The notes under the pieces were generated by a model. That model had not been told where the DNA came from. It made no database searches and saw only the letters and a program-made list of their open reading frames with translations. A DNA stretch of 39,663 bases from an uncultured virus (IMG/VR IMGVR_UViG_3300032323_004022) (Duplodnaviria > Heunggongvirae > Uroviricota > Caudoviricetes). This document shows, in pieces, positions 8,103-20,000 of the stretch (position 1 is its first letter; each line of letters opens with the position of its first letter). The stretch is from the IMG/VR virus record IMGVR_UViG_3300032323_004022. One strand, 5' to 3'. Both the position numbers and the translations under genes were made by a program.

Positions 8103-8723
8103 ATGACAATGATTGAGGTAATCAGTCAGGTAGTAATCTCTATTATTCTTTTACTGACAAGTATGAGAGTAGTAAAATTACCACCGAAACCATACCATCA
8201 AGATGCGAAAGTTTCCGTATCAACATCAAAGGATAAACTTGATAAAAAAGAAAAAATTTCTAAATTTATCAAACTTGTTCAACCGAGATATTCGCAATCA
8301 TACATTAAGAAAATTACAGATACTATAATGAAGTATGCTGCAGTTTTCAAAGTAGACCCATATGTGATAGCTTCTACCGCATATGTTGAAAGCGAATTCA
8401 AGATGACTAGTAGACCCTGTATTGGTATGATGCAGCTAGTCACATCATCAATTAGGTATTACGACCCCAAAAGAGTCTATAATCCATATACAATTGATGG
8501 GAACGTAGCAATAGGAACAAAAGAGCTATCTAAGCACTTACAACGCTATTCTAGGGGCAAATTACCCAGTAGAACTGCTTATAGGAAAATGTACAGATCT
8601 TATAATGGATCTTATATGAAAAATAGATACTCTGTGAAGACAATGCTAGTTCAAACCAGATTAGAACATCTTTCTATAGATGCTTTGAAGGCTAAATTGA
8701 AAAAAGGGCCAATTTGGAGATAA
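8103..8723 (+). CDS. SLT-family lytic transglycosylase with N-terminal hydrophobic anchor
   Basis: VDPYVIASTAYVESEF (catalytic Glu, ES motif), GMMQL, NVAIG, SYNG; hydrophobic VISQVVISIILLL. AGGAG abuts ATG 8103, so ATG 8109 may be the real start. Confidence 0.88.
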   Translation: MTMIEVISQVVISIILLLTSMRVVKLPPKPYHQDAKVSVSTSKDKLDKKEKISKFIKLVQPRYSQSYIKKITDTIMKYAAVFKVDPYVIASTAYVESEFKMTSRPCIGMMQLVTSSIRYYDPKRVYNPYTIDGNVAIGTKELSKHLQRYSRGKLPSRTAYRKMYRSYNGSYMKNRYSVKTMLVQTRLEHLSIDALKAKLKKGPIWR

Positions 8724-8757
8724 AAAAAAGAGGGGAGAATTTTCTCCCCTCTTTTTT
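8724..8757. terminator. bidirectional rho-independent terminator
   Basis: AAAAAAGAGGGGAGAA-TT-TTCTCCCCTCTTTTTT: perfect inverted repeat with A/T tracts on both sides, between convergent genes. Confidence 0.92.
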
Positions 8758-8774
8758 ACAATTAGATAAACTAA

Positions 8775-9287
8775 TTATAAACCACCAGCAGTGTTGGTAA
8801 ATCTGTTTTGTGATGATGGGTATCTTGAAATACTTGTTGTTGATACTGCAGTACCAGCATTGACAACGGTGACATCTGCAATCAGTTTACTGAATTCATA
8901 AGCCATCTTTTCCATCTTGGATTGAAGATTGTTGTATGAAATCCCTGACAATGCAACTGCAATACTTCTTTCAGTTGCAGTGATTGAAGTTACAGCTGTT
9001 GTGTATGCTGAAATTAATGTTGACAAGTTAGTTTGTGCAAGACCAAAGTCTGTGAATGTTGATGTTCCCAATCCGGTTACACCAAAAGTTACGTCAGTTG
9101 GATATTTTGCAGCAGAGTTGTATGAAACTGTTGTGGTGTCGTTTGGGCCTGAACCAACACCAATGACAGTATCTTTAAGCTCTTGGTAAGTTGTTAAATT
9201 GTTAAAAAGGTATGAGCCTGGATCATTGGTAGTACCATTGGCTGATCTAGCGACACCTTTGTATAAACTTGATGGATATGTTGGCAT
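8775..9287 (-). CDS. Thr/Ser/Gly-rich hypothetical protein (170 aa), probable virion protein
   Basis: AAGGAG SD, own upstream intergenic region and downstream terminator; composition resembles structural proteins (inference). Confidence 0.75.
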   Translation of the reverse strand: MPTYPSSLYKGVARSANGTTNDPGSYLFNNLTTYQELKDTVIGVGSGPNDTTTVSYNSAAKYPTDVTFGVTGLGTSTFTDFGLAQTNLSTLISAYTTAVTSITATERSIAVALSGISYNNLQSKMEKMAYEFSKLIADVTVVNAGTAVSTTSISRYPSSQNRFTNTAGGL

Positions 9288-9367
9288 ATTAAGTACTCCT
9301 TATACCTTATCTATTTCTTCGAAGAAACATAAACTAAAACAAATTATATTTTTTGTTTTCAATTTGT

Positions 9368-9451
9368 TATTTCTATTACTTTTTATTTTTCACCTTCAAC
9401 GCTTGTTTTGGGCAATTATTTTTTATTTATGAAAAACTGTGTGTTCTTCCT
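9368..9451 (-). promoter_or_regulatory. two tandem candidate promoters (AGGA-N17-ATAAATA at 9424-9451; AGGT-N17-AGAAATA at 9368-9395)
   Basis: Same bipartite motif twice with identical spacing in the divergent intergenic region 9288-9566. Confidence 0.4.
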
Positions 9452-9566
9452 CTAGAATTTTTGTAGTTATTTCTTTATCGAATAATGAATATAAAAAGTA
9501 TGAATCTCCTAATGCTGTAAAAAAAATACAGCAGATAATATTGCAGCCCGTTTTTTCTAAATTTTT

Positions 9567-11657
9567 ATGTCAGATTTTTACATTGTCCCACCCAGATTAA
9601 TAGTTGGATCGCTGCAAAGATCTAATGTAGTCACATCTTTAAATACTTTAAGAGGTGATTTATCATTTAAGGTCTCGCCAGATACTGGTTTAACACTAAA
9701 CATAAACAGTGGCGTTTTCAATTTATCCATTCAGCCAGATTTTTATATCAAAAAATCTGGAGACATAGTACCGTCTAACATTATTTTTCAACCAGATCCA
9801 GGCAATTATGGTTTAGCTGTTGGATCTGGATTAACTGATCCGGGCATTGGTGTGGGTGGTGCTTTATTCTTCAATACCACTTACAATGTCCTGAAAGTTT
9901 ACGATGGCTCTACTTGGAATGAAATTGCTTCCACGGGTACATCTGGAATAACACAGTCTTTTGCAGACACAAGATATTTGCGACTTGATGGTGGAAATGT
10001 TCCCACTTCAGCAATATCTATGGGAAGTCAATTCCTTAGATTAGCAAACCTTACAACTAGAATATCAGCAGGAACAGCTGGTCAAGTTTATTTTAATACT
10101 GACACTAACAAATTAGATTTATATAATGGTAGTTCTTGGGTTCCTGTAGGCAGTGGAATTACTCAATTAAATGCTGGTAACGGAATTACTTTATCAAATA
10201 ATCCAATCACCACATTTGGAACAGTTTCAGTTGATCAATCATATAATTTCAACTGGACCGGAACTCACACTTACACACAACCTATAACATTTTCTGCAAG
10301 CCAAACATTTGATGCAAGTAAATTAACAATAGCATATGAAGTTCAAGGCGACATTTTACGTTTTAATGGTGCAAACTGGTCAAGATTACCACTTGGAACA
10401 CCAAATCAAGTCTTATCTGTTTCAAATTGTGGTGGAGATGTTGAATGGCATAGTTTGGTTGCTGGTCCTGGAATTGCAATCACCTATGATGCTGGAAGTT
10501 TAATATTTTCAAGTACAGGCGGAAGTGGTGGAACTACAATCATTTCTGGTACTGGAAATTCTGTATTTATTGGAATTACTCCACCACCCTATGCTGTAAA
10601 TGCTGGAGACCTTTGGTACAATTCTGAAAACGGCGCATTAAATATATACTATGCTGATATAGATACCTCTCAATGGGTGGAAATCAACAGTGCATTCGGT
10701 GGCGTAGACCCTCCTGCCAATTTTGGAATTGGTATCACACAGATAAACAATATTGGATCTTCTGCTCAATTCTTATATGCTGGTTTTAGTGGCAATACAT
10801 TCAATATCTCTTCCACTGGTAATTCACATACATTCAATATACCAATCTCTGGTCTAGGTGTTACTGGTCTTGTTTCAGGAATTGCGCAAACTTTTGGTGG
10901 AATTAAAACTTTTCAAAATGGTTTGATTTCCGGGAATGGAATTACAGTATTTGGAAGTTTACATTTACCGAACCAGCCATTGTCAGGTATTTATGGTGGT
11001 ACTGGTAAATCTTCTTATAGCCTTGGTGATTTGCTTGTTGGTGCCGGAACTTCATTAATTAGTTTAGCAGCTGGACCAAATGGATATATATTACAATCCA
11101 ACTCTGCTTATTCAAGTGGCTTAGGTTGGACTTATGTATCTAATGTAAATGTTTCTGAAACTGCTCCTACTCCTGCTATAACTGGTGATCTTTGGTGGAA
11201 TTCCATAGACGGTTCATTAAGTGTCTACTTTGAAGATGTTGATAGTACAGCACAATGGGTTGAAATTGGCAATGGACCCTCACAAGGAGCATTTGGAACA
11301 ACTACTGGAATTACAGCTTCTTACTTTTTAGCAAGTTATGGCTATATAGAAACTGTATATGATTATGGTACATCTTCTGGCTCTATCACACCTGATTGGA
11401 ATAATGGAAGTATACAAAAAATAATTTTAAATGGTGGGCTTTCTTTGAATGTACCAATAAATATGCAATCTGGGTCTTTCCTTAAATTAGTTGTTAGGCA
11501 GAATGCTTCTGGAAATCACCTATTGACACCAAATGCATCTTTAAAATTCAAAGGTGGTAATAAAACTTTATCTACATCTGCAAATGCCATAGATATGATG
11601 AAAATTTATTATGATGGAACAAATTACCTTTGCGATTTAGATTTGGCTTACTCTTGA
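9567..11657 (+). CDS. putative tail fibre / virion structural protein (696 aa)
   Basis: FFNTT...KVYDGSTW repeats, ADTRYLRLDG, two GDLWxNS...YxDxDxxQWVEI modules, YGGTG...GDLLVG module, C-terminal DWNNG...Q...TLSTSANAID...YYDGTNY module. Confidence 0.75.
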   Translation: MSDFYIVPPRLIVGSLQRSNVVTSLNTLRGDLSFKVSPDTGLTLNINSGVFNLSIQPDFYIKKSGDIVPSNIIFQPDPGNYGLAVGSGLTDPGIGVGGALFFNTTYNVLKVYDGSTWNEIASTGTSGITQSFADTRYLRLDGGNVPTSAISMGSQFLRLANLTTRISAGTAGQVYFNTDTNKLDLYNGSSWVPVGSGITQLNAGNGITLSNNPITTFGTVSVDQSYNFNWTGTHTYTQPITFSASQTFDASKLTIAYEVQGDILRFNGANWSRLPLGTPNQVLSVSNCGGDVEWHSLVAGPGIAITYDAGSLIFSSTGGSGGTTIISGTGNSVFIGITPPPYAVNAGDLWYNSENGALNIYYADIDTSQWVEINSAFGGVDPPANFGIGITQINNIGSSAQFLYAGFSGNTFNISSTGNSHTFNIPISGLGVTGLVSGIAQTFGGIKTFQNGLISGNGITVFGSLHLPNQPLSGIYGGTGKSSYSLGDLLVGAGTSLISLAAGPNGYILQSNSAYSSGLGWTYVSNVNVSETAPTPAITGDLWWNSIDGSLSVYFEDVDSTAQWVEIGNGPSQGAFGTTTGITASYFLASYGYIETVYDYGTSSGSITPDWNNGSIQKIILNGGLSLNVPINMQSGSFLKLVVRQNASGNHLLTPNASLKFKGGNKTLSTSANAIDMMKIYYDGTNYLCDLDLAYS

Positions 11658-11687
11658 AGAAATAAAATATATGAACTACGCAGAATA
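11657..11687 (+). promoter_or_regulatory. conserved intergenic motif AAGAAATA-N15-GCAGAATA
   Basis: Same two 8-mers and spacing at 37208-37238; both precede genes with paralogous N-termini. Confidence 0.45.
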
Positions 11688-11720
11688 TTTAAAAAGCACC
11701 CTCCAAAATTCGGATAAATA

Positions 11721-14087
11721 ATGGCAGCACTTAATTTTCCCCCATCACCATCGACAAATCAGATTTATTCAGCAAATGGAAAATCTTGGAGATTTGACGG
11801 CACTAGTTGGAAAACATTTTATATATTAAATGTTCAAGGTGGAGGAACTGGCAATACTTCTTACAATCTTGGTGATATTCTTGTTGGTGCTGGCACATCA
11901 TTATATCCCCTTCCTATAGGTTCAAACAATTTTGTACTTACGGCTGATAATTCTGCAGCATTTGGCATAACTTGGAGATCAACATCAGCAACTGGAATAA
12001 CAACATTAAATTCCTTGACTGCTACTAATCAATTTTTTTCAATTGGTTATTCTGGTGATTTCCCAAGCATATCTTCTTCTGGTTCTACTCATACGTTTAA
12101 CTTCCCAATCGCTGGAACAGGAGCCACAGGTCTTGTTTCTACATTAGATCAATCATTTGCTGGAATTAAAACTTTTACCAATGATTTAGTCGTTTCAAGT
12201 TCAACAGTTTCTACTTCAGATTCCACTGGCGCATTAAGAATAACAGGAGGAGTTGGAATTGGTGGAAGTTTATTCTTAACCAGCTCTTTACCATCAAGTT
12301 TGTCCGGTGTTGTAGTAAGTAATGGAATTATCATTTCTGGTGCTTGGGCTGGAAATGTTATTACATCTCTTTACGGTGGTACTGGACAAAATTCATATAC
12401 AAAAGGCGACTTGCTTGCGGGTACAGGTGCAACATTATCAGTTTTGCCTGTAGGAAGTAATGATTATATTTTAGCAGCAGACAGTTCTTCTGCAACTGGT
12501 TTGACTTGGAAAACTGCCGCATCCTCAGGAACAACAGTTATTGGAACTCCTACTGATGGGATTTATACTGATGGATTTTTTAACAGCTGGACAAATAACA
12601 CTACTATTTCTAATGCCTTTGATGATGTAAATGAATTGTTAGCACTTATAGCTCCTGCTAAACCAAATGAGATGACTGGATTAGGTCTTACAACAATTTC
12701 TACTCCTACTTATTATAATGCTAGAATTGCTGGTGGACTCGGCACTGAATGGTACCAAGCTGGATATGGTACTGGAGACTTAATTAATTCAAAATATTTT
12801 GTAACTGGTACTCATACCTTAGGAACTGGTAATACTGCAACTACTTTTTATGCAGGGACATTAGTAACATCAACTTATGGAATTTTAAGTTTTAGTGCAT
12901 CAAATTACTTGACAGGCTCAGGCGCTACTGTCAATCAAATTGATATGACCACTAATTACACTCCTGGATATTCAAGTGGCAATTTAGTGCTGTCAGCCTT
13001 GAATGTTTACAATAGCATTTGGACTAAAGCAAATGCAAGAATAAACACATACACCCCTTCTAACGCAGGGTATACGGGATTATTTATATCTCACTCTACA
13101 AATAGCCAAGTATCTTCAACTTATGCAATGTGGTATGACTCTTGGTCGAGCGGTAAATCACCAAGTTTTTCTCAATCTGCAACTGCTTCAACATACAGCC
13201 AATCCTTAAAGTATCTTTCTGGTATAGGATATTACACTACTGGAACAGGGTTTAGTGTATATTTTAAGGGCGCAGCTGGTATTTACAGTTCTTGCTATAA
13301 TGTCACTCAAACTTATAATATCACAAGTGCAGGTATGGCAACATCTTCAGGTTTGCCTGCAAGTCCTCCTCTCTACACTGACGAACTAGATAAATCAGGT
13401 GCAAACCATGTAAGAGTTTTATTAAACGCAGCAAATGCAACATCATTTAATAAATACTTACTTGTAACTTTATATAAAGCACACGGTAGTACTGGTTCAA
13501 GTCAAGCCACAATCGCAAGAGCTATTAACACTTATGGAACAGTTTCCACTGACACTTATGAAGGTTTCCAAGATGAGGCTAGAAGATTAGTGATAGACAC
13601 AGGAATAGGATTTACTTCCACTATAGATTTGATAAATGGAAATTTACAAGCCAGGTCAGGAACCTTAATCTATCCGCAAGTTGCTGATTACGACACTGAA
13701 TGGGGTGGAAGCCATACATTCAATGGTGATCAAGAATTTCAAAGATATTTTTATAAAACTTCAGCAAGCACTGGAACATTAACTTTTGTTGGCGTAGCGG
13801 GTGCTGCTGTATCTGCTTATGGATCAGGAAGTTTAAATGTTCTGATGTATCTCGAAGGTGATAATAAATATTTTGATTTGGGAACTTTGCAAGGTTCAAA
13901 TGCTAATGATGGATCAACAAGATCTTTGGCAATTTCAGCGAAAACATCAGTTTCATCAGGAGCACTTAACTGGTCAATAGGTACAAATACTACAGGTGTA
14001 GCTGGTGCTGGAAATAGTGGCAGATATAGATTGATTGTTATTTATAAAAATTCTAATCCACAAATTACGAGTATAACGAGTTCATAA
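11721..14087 (+). CDS. putative tail fibre / virion structural protein (788 aa)
   Basis: N-terminus LNFPPSPSTNQ...W.FDG..W shared with 37270-38013; about 200 aa shared with the distal part of the 2815-aa gene; unique Tyr/Thr-rich C-terminal 500 aa. Confidence 0.75.
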   Translation: MAALNFPPSPSTNQIYSANGKSWRFDGTSWKTFYILNVQGGGTGNTSYNLGDILVGAGTSLYPLPIGSNNFVLTADNSAAFGITWRSTSATGITTLNSLTATNQFFSIGYSGDFPSISSSGSTHTFNFPIAGTGATGLVSTLDQSFAGIKTFTNDLVVSSSTVSTSDSTGALRITGGVGIGGSLFLTSSLPSSLSGVVVSNGIIISGAWAGNVITSLYGGTGQNSYTKGDLLAGTGATLSVLPVGSNDYILAADSSSATGLTWKTAASSGTTVIGTPTDGIYTDGFFNSWTNNTTISNAFDDVNELLALIAPAKPNEMTGLGLTTISTPTYYNARIAGGLGTEWYQAGYGTGDLINSKYFVTGTHTLGTGNTATTFYAGTLVTSTYGILSFSASNYLTGSGATVNQIDMTTNYTPGYSSGNLVLSALNVYNSIWTKANARINTYTPSNAGYTGLFISHSTNSQVSSTYAMWYDSWSSGKSPSFSQSATASTYSQSLKYLSGIGYYTTGTGFSVYFKGAAGIYSSCYNVTQTYNITSAGMATSSGLPASPPLYTDELDKSGANHVRVLLNAANATSFNKYLLVTLYKAHGSTGSSQATIARAINTYGTVSTDTYEGFQDEARRLVIDTGIGFTSTIDLINGNLQARSGTLIYPQVADYDTEWGGSHTFNGDQEFQRYFYKTSASTGTLTFVGVAGAAVSAYGSGSLNVLMYLEGDNKYFDLGTLQGSNANDGSTRSLAISAKTSVSSGALNWSIGTNTTGVAGAGNSGRYRLIVIYKNSNPQITSITSS

Positions 14088-17000
14088 TGTCCTGGACACA
14101 ACAAGATACAAGTTTTAAGAAACTTCAAAACAAAAGAATTACAACAAGTACCGGAAAAGGTATTGATGAAGAAAAAGGTGCTTCGTCTTTAGAATTATAT
14201 CTTCCTGACATCAAGACAGACCTTATTCCAGGCATTCCACCAAATGCAACTACAAGTATATTATCTTACACGGGTGGAATCGGTCAAACTTTAGCTGTAG
14301 ATACATCTGTTCCTGGCAACTTAACCTGGTTTGCGACTACAGGTTATGGAAACACTACAACTGCAAACGATGGTTCTCAAGCATCTGAAGCGGCAAGACT
14401 TGGTGATTGGATTTCTGATAAGTATGATGGATTTGGAACAGTTCCAGGTGCTGGTTATGAAATCAAGGTTTACGATAAAAATAACAACTTAATTACTAAA
14501 TCTGACAATTCAGATTGGCTTTTTGATTATCAAACTGGTATTTTGGCATTCAATAATAATGTCAACTCATATGGCATTGGAATTTCAACAAATGGTCCTT
14601 ACAGAATTGTAGGACACAGATACATAGGTCAAAAAGGTATAATTTCAGCCCCATATGGTGGAACTGGATACACAACATATAGTTTAGGAGATATATTAGT
14701 TGGTGCTGGATCAACATTCATAAAATTTCCTCTCGGGACAAATAATCTAGTACTTAAAGTTGACACATCATCAGCCACTGGTTTAACTTGGGGAGCAGCT
14801 GCTGCTTCAGCCATATCAACAATAAATGGCTTATCCGACAGCACACAATATTTTGCAACTGGTACATCTGGAACTTTATTTAATATTAGTTCCTCTGGAT
14901 CAACTCACACATTTAACATACCAATAGCTGGCGCAGGATCTACTGGACTTGTATCAACATTAGCACAAACTTTTGCTGGACAAAAAACATTTACATCCGC
15001 TATTATTGGTGATCTTACAGGTACAGCAACAACTGCAACGTATGCATATCAGTCCGGCTATGCGATTACTTCTGGCTTTGCAACAACTGCTTCTTATTCA
15101 TATGAATCTGGTTATGGAATCACTTCAGGTTTTGCAATTACTGCTTCATATTCCTATGAATCTGGTTATGGAATTACATCTGGATTTGCAACAACTGCAT
15201 CATATGCTCATCAGGCTGGATATGCTATTACATCTGGAAGTTCTAACACTTCAGGATTTGCAACGACTTCAGGTTTTGCAACTACAGCATCAAACTTTAA
15301 TATTTCAAATGCATCATCTGGAACATTTTACCCAGTCCTTTCAAATATTTCATCTTCAGCTTCTGGTATTGGGGCATCAGTAAACGGTTTCTTTTCATTC
15401 AATGCATCTACTGGAGCATTTGCTGCTACTTCTGTAAATATTTTCTCTGGTCAATCTTATAGCATTGATGGAAATAGTGTTCTCTCGGCAACTTCATTAG
15501 GAACTGGAGTTACTAACTCTTCATTAACTGCTTTAGGAACAATTACTTCTGGCGTTTGGGCTGGCACATTAATAACCGGATTCTACGGCGGTACAGGATA
15601 CAACTCATATACCAAAGGTGATATTTTAGTTGGAGCTGGGAATACATTTATCAAATTAAATGTAGGGACAGACAACTATGTCCTAACAGCATCTTCTTTA
15701 TCATCTACAGGGTTGACTTGGTCTCCAACTGCAGCAACTGGACTAACTACTCTTAATGGATTGAGTGTAGGAGTTCAATATTTAGCATTTGGTTATTCGG
15801 GAACTGTGCCAGGATTTTCATCCTCCGGTTCTACCCATACTTTAAATATACCATTAGCAGGCACAGGATCTACAGGATTAGTTTCAACACAAGCACAAAG
15901 TTTTGCTGGTATTAAAACTTTCACTAATGCAGTTTCAATAACAGACAGTACAGGCTCAGGTTCATATACTGCTGGTGCTTTGACAGTCACTGGTGGAGTT
16001 GGTATTGGTGGAACACTTAACGTCCAAGGTGACCTTAATGTTCAAGGTACCTTTACAACAATAAATTCCACAACAATTACAGTTGCTGATAAAAATATTG
16101 AATTAGGTGTTGTAGCAACACCAACAGATTTGACTGCTGAAGGTGGTGGAATTACCCTTCGTGGTGCTACAAATAAATCTATAAACTGGTACTCTGGTGT
16201 AGGTTGGTCTTCTTCTGAAAGTTTCAATTTATCCTCTGGTAATACTTATAAAATTGCTGGTACTACTGTTCTTTCTAACAATACTTTAGGAACAGGAGTA
16301 ATTTTCTCATCAATCCAAACTGCCGGAATTATTACATCAGGTACTTGGTCTGCCACAGCAATCACAGCATTGTATGGTGGTACTGGTTTAGTTCCATCAT
16401 TTACAGTTGGAGATATTCTTTACGCTGATACGTCAACTACTTGGGGAAGATTAGCTGCAAATTCAAATTCAGGATATTTATTAGCCTCTGCAGGTTCAGG
16501 AGCAACTCCTACTTATGTAAATCCTGCTACATTATCTGTAGGCTTTGCTTCTACTGCTACTTATGCATATCAGTCTGGTTATGCAATTACATCTGGTTTT
16601 GCTACAACAGCATCAAATTTAAATGTATCTAATGCTGCTTCAGGTATATTCTTTCCAGTACTTTCTAATACTGCATCTTCAACTTCTGGTATTGGCGCAT
16701 CTGTAAACGGTTTCTTTTCATTCAATGCAGCATCTGGAGCTTTTGGTGCTACTTCTGTAAACATACTGTTAGGACAATCTTATAGCGTTGGTGGAAATAG
16801 TGTTCTTTCAGCAACATCATTAGGTACTGGGGTTACTAATTCTTCTCTGACTTCTTTGGGTACGATTACTACTGGTGTTTGGGCAGGCACATTAATAACT
16901 GCATTCTATGGTGGTACTGGTTACAATTCATATACTAAAGGTGATATTTTAGTTGGATCTGGTAATACATTTATCAAGTTAAATGTAGGCGCAGACAATT

Positions 17001-20000
17001 TTGTATTAACTGCAGATGCTACTTCTGCATCAGGCGTAAAATGGACTAGTGTTGCTGGTCTTTCTATCACTTCAGTCAATGGTCTAACTGCTTCTGCTCA
17101 ATTCTTCTCAACTGGAACTTCTGGAACTGGATTCAATATTGCTTCTTCTGGAAGTACGCATTCATTCAATATTCCAATTGCAGGTACAGGTGCAACAGGT
17201 TTAGTCTCAACTCAAGCACAATCTTTTGCTGGAATCAAGACATTTACTAGCGATGTAATAGTTAGCTCAACAACTGGGTCAACTGCATTCAATACTGGTT
17301 CACTTACTGTTTATGGTGGATTAGGTGTTTCTGGTCAATTATCATTCAATCAGGCTGCTTTAGGATTTACTGGCGCTTCTAACCCTTCTATGGCGTTTAT
17401 TGGAAGTACAACAGCTGCTCCAATAACCCTGACTGTTCTTTCAGATAATTCACTTCTTTGGGAAGGTACATCTGGAAAACTATTTGGTATCAATAACAAT
17501 CTTTCATCAGGTTGGATTTTCAATGTTGGAGATATATCTGGTCTTCCAATAATCCGTGCAAATGCTGATGGAACAATTGCAATGGCTGAATTTGCAGCCA
17601 ATGTAGGTATAGGTCTTTCAAACCCATCTTACAAATTGCACGTTGCTGGTGATACTAATTTATCATCTACCTATGTTTATAGAATCAACGGTACTCAAGT
17701 TCTTTCAGCCTCATCTTTAGGAACTGGAGTAACTAATTCGTCACTCACAGCAGTAGGAACACTTTCCACTGGTGTGTGGGCAGCAACTGCAATTACTGCT
17801 TTTTATGGTGGTACAGGATACAACTCATATACTAAAGGTGATATTCTTGTTGGAGCTGGCAGTACATTCATTAAGTTGGGTGTAGGTACAGATAGTTATG
17901 TTTTAACTGCCAACTCTTCATCTTCAACAGGTTTAACTTGGTCTCCAACTGCTGCAACTGGATTAACAACCTTAAATGGCTTAAATGTAGGATTACAATA
18001 TTTTGCCACAGGAACTTCTGGAACTGGATTTAATATATCTTCTTCTGGATCTACACATACATTTAATATACCAATAGCAGGTTCTGGTGCAACTGGTTTA
18101 ATTTCAACACAATCACAAACAATTGCAGGTCAAAAAACATTTACAAGTGCAATTATTGGTGATCTTACTGGTCCTGCTACAACTGCTGGTTTTGCTATCA
18201 CTGCAAATTATGCTCATCAATCTGGATATGCAATTACTTCTGGAAGTTCTAATACCTCAGGATTTGCCACTACTGCTGGTTATGCATATCAATCTGGTTA
18301 TGGAATAACATCAGGATTTGCTACAACAGCTGGCTATGCATATCAAGCTGGTTATGGAATAACTTCTGGTTTTGCAACCACTGCTGGTTATGCACATCAA
18401 GCAGGGTATGCAATTACCTCGGGATTTGCTACAACAGCTAATTATGCTTATCAATCTGGGTATGGAATAACTTCAGGGTTTGCTACTACAGCTGGCTATG
18501 CATATCAATCAGGGTATGGAATAACTTCAGGATTTGCAACTACTGCTGGTTATGCATATCAATCTGGTTATGGAATAACATCAGGATTTGCCACTACAGC
18601 TGGTTATGCTTATCAATCCGGATATGGAATAACCTCTGGTTTTGCAACTACAGCTGATTATGCGCATCAATCAGGATATGCAATTACATCAGGTTTTGCT
18701 ACCACATCAAGTTATTCCTACCAATCTGGGTACGCTACAACTTCTGGTTTAGCTACAACTGCTACAATTGCTCAACGTGTTTTATCGTCAATAACTGGCC
18801 AAGCGATAGATCTAAATATAGGTCTTATAAGTGGAACAGCTTTATCATATAGTTCAAATCTTTATTACAACCCAGCAAGCGGAAGATTAGCTGCTTTAAG
18901 TTATACTGGTTCTTGGGCTGGAAATACTATTGCCTCATTATACGGTGGTACTGGTTATGCAACTTACTCAACTGGTGATTTATTAGTTGGTGCTGGATCA
19001 ACTTTATCTAAATTATCTGTTGGTACTAATAATTTTATTTTAATTGCAGATAGTTCTGTTCCAGGCGGTATTAAATGGGCTAGTGCATCTGGTCTAGCAA
19101 TAACAAATATAAATGGTCTTACTGCTTCAAAACAGGATTTAGCATTTGGTTATTCTGGAACTGTACCAGCATTCTCTTCATCAGGCAGCACTCATACTTT
19201 AAATATTCCATTAGCAGGTACAGGTTCTACAGGTTTAGTTTCAACACAAGCACAAAGTTTTACTGGAATCAAAACTTTCACTAATGCTGTTTCAATAACA
19301 GACAGTACAGGTTCAGGTTCATATACTGCCGGAGCATTAGTAGTTGCTGGCGGTGTCGGAATTGGTGGAACACTTAATGTTCAAGGTGACCTTAATGTTC
19401 AAGGCACCTTTACAACAATAAATTCAACTACCATAACAGTAGCTGATAAAAATATTGAACTTGGTGTTGTTGCAAGCCCATCTGATTTGACTGCTCAAGG
19501 CGGTGGCATAACTTTACGTGGTGCAACTGACAAATCTTTAAACTGGTATTCAGGAGTTGGCTGGTCTTCATCTGAAAATTTCAACTTAGCTTCTGGTAAT
19601 ACATTCAAAATTGCTGGCACTAATGTACTTTCTGCTACATCACTGGGCACTGGCGTTACGAATTCTTCTCTTACTGCTTTAGGAACAATCTCAACTGGTG
19701 TCTGGTCTGCCACTGCAATTACAGCTTTGTATGGTGGTACTGGTTTAGTTCCGTCATTCACAGTTGGAGATATTCTTTATGCAAATACATCAAGTACTTG
19801 GGCAAGATTAACTGCAAATTCAAATGCTGGGTATGTTTTAACTTCTGCGGGTTCAGGTGCTACTCCAACATATGTAGCGCAATCAACTTTATCAGTAGGA
19901 TTAGCTACAACAGCTACTTATTCTCATCAATCAGGTTACGCAACAACAGCTGGATTTGCAACAACAGCTTCATATGCTTATCAGTCTGGATATGGAATTA

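Noticed and set aside
2883..9432. Short nested ORFs 2883-3092, 3677-3889, 4272-4487, 4999-5202, 8929-9189 and 9199-9432
   Set aside because: Antisense to better-supported genes or running through a low-complexity promoter region; no SD or domain evidence.
9513..9533. LexA SOS box in TGCTGTA-N7-TACAGCA upstream of the fibre operon
   Set aside because: CTGT-ACAG spacing is 9 nt, not the 8 nt of the E. coli-type box. The inverted repeat is real, but one copy supports no assignment.
18257..18742. CRISPR array or ice-nucleation protein
   Set aside because: Repeats are contiguous, in frame and vary synonymously, with no unique spacers. The GYG/AGY likeness to InaZ is superficial: the period is 18/6 rather than 16/8 and the TxT motif is absent.
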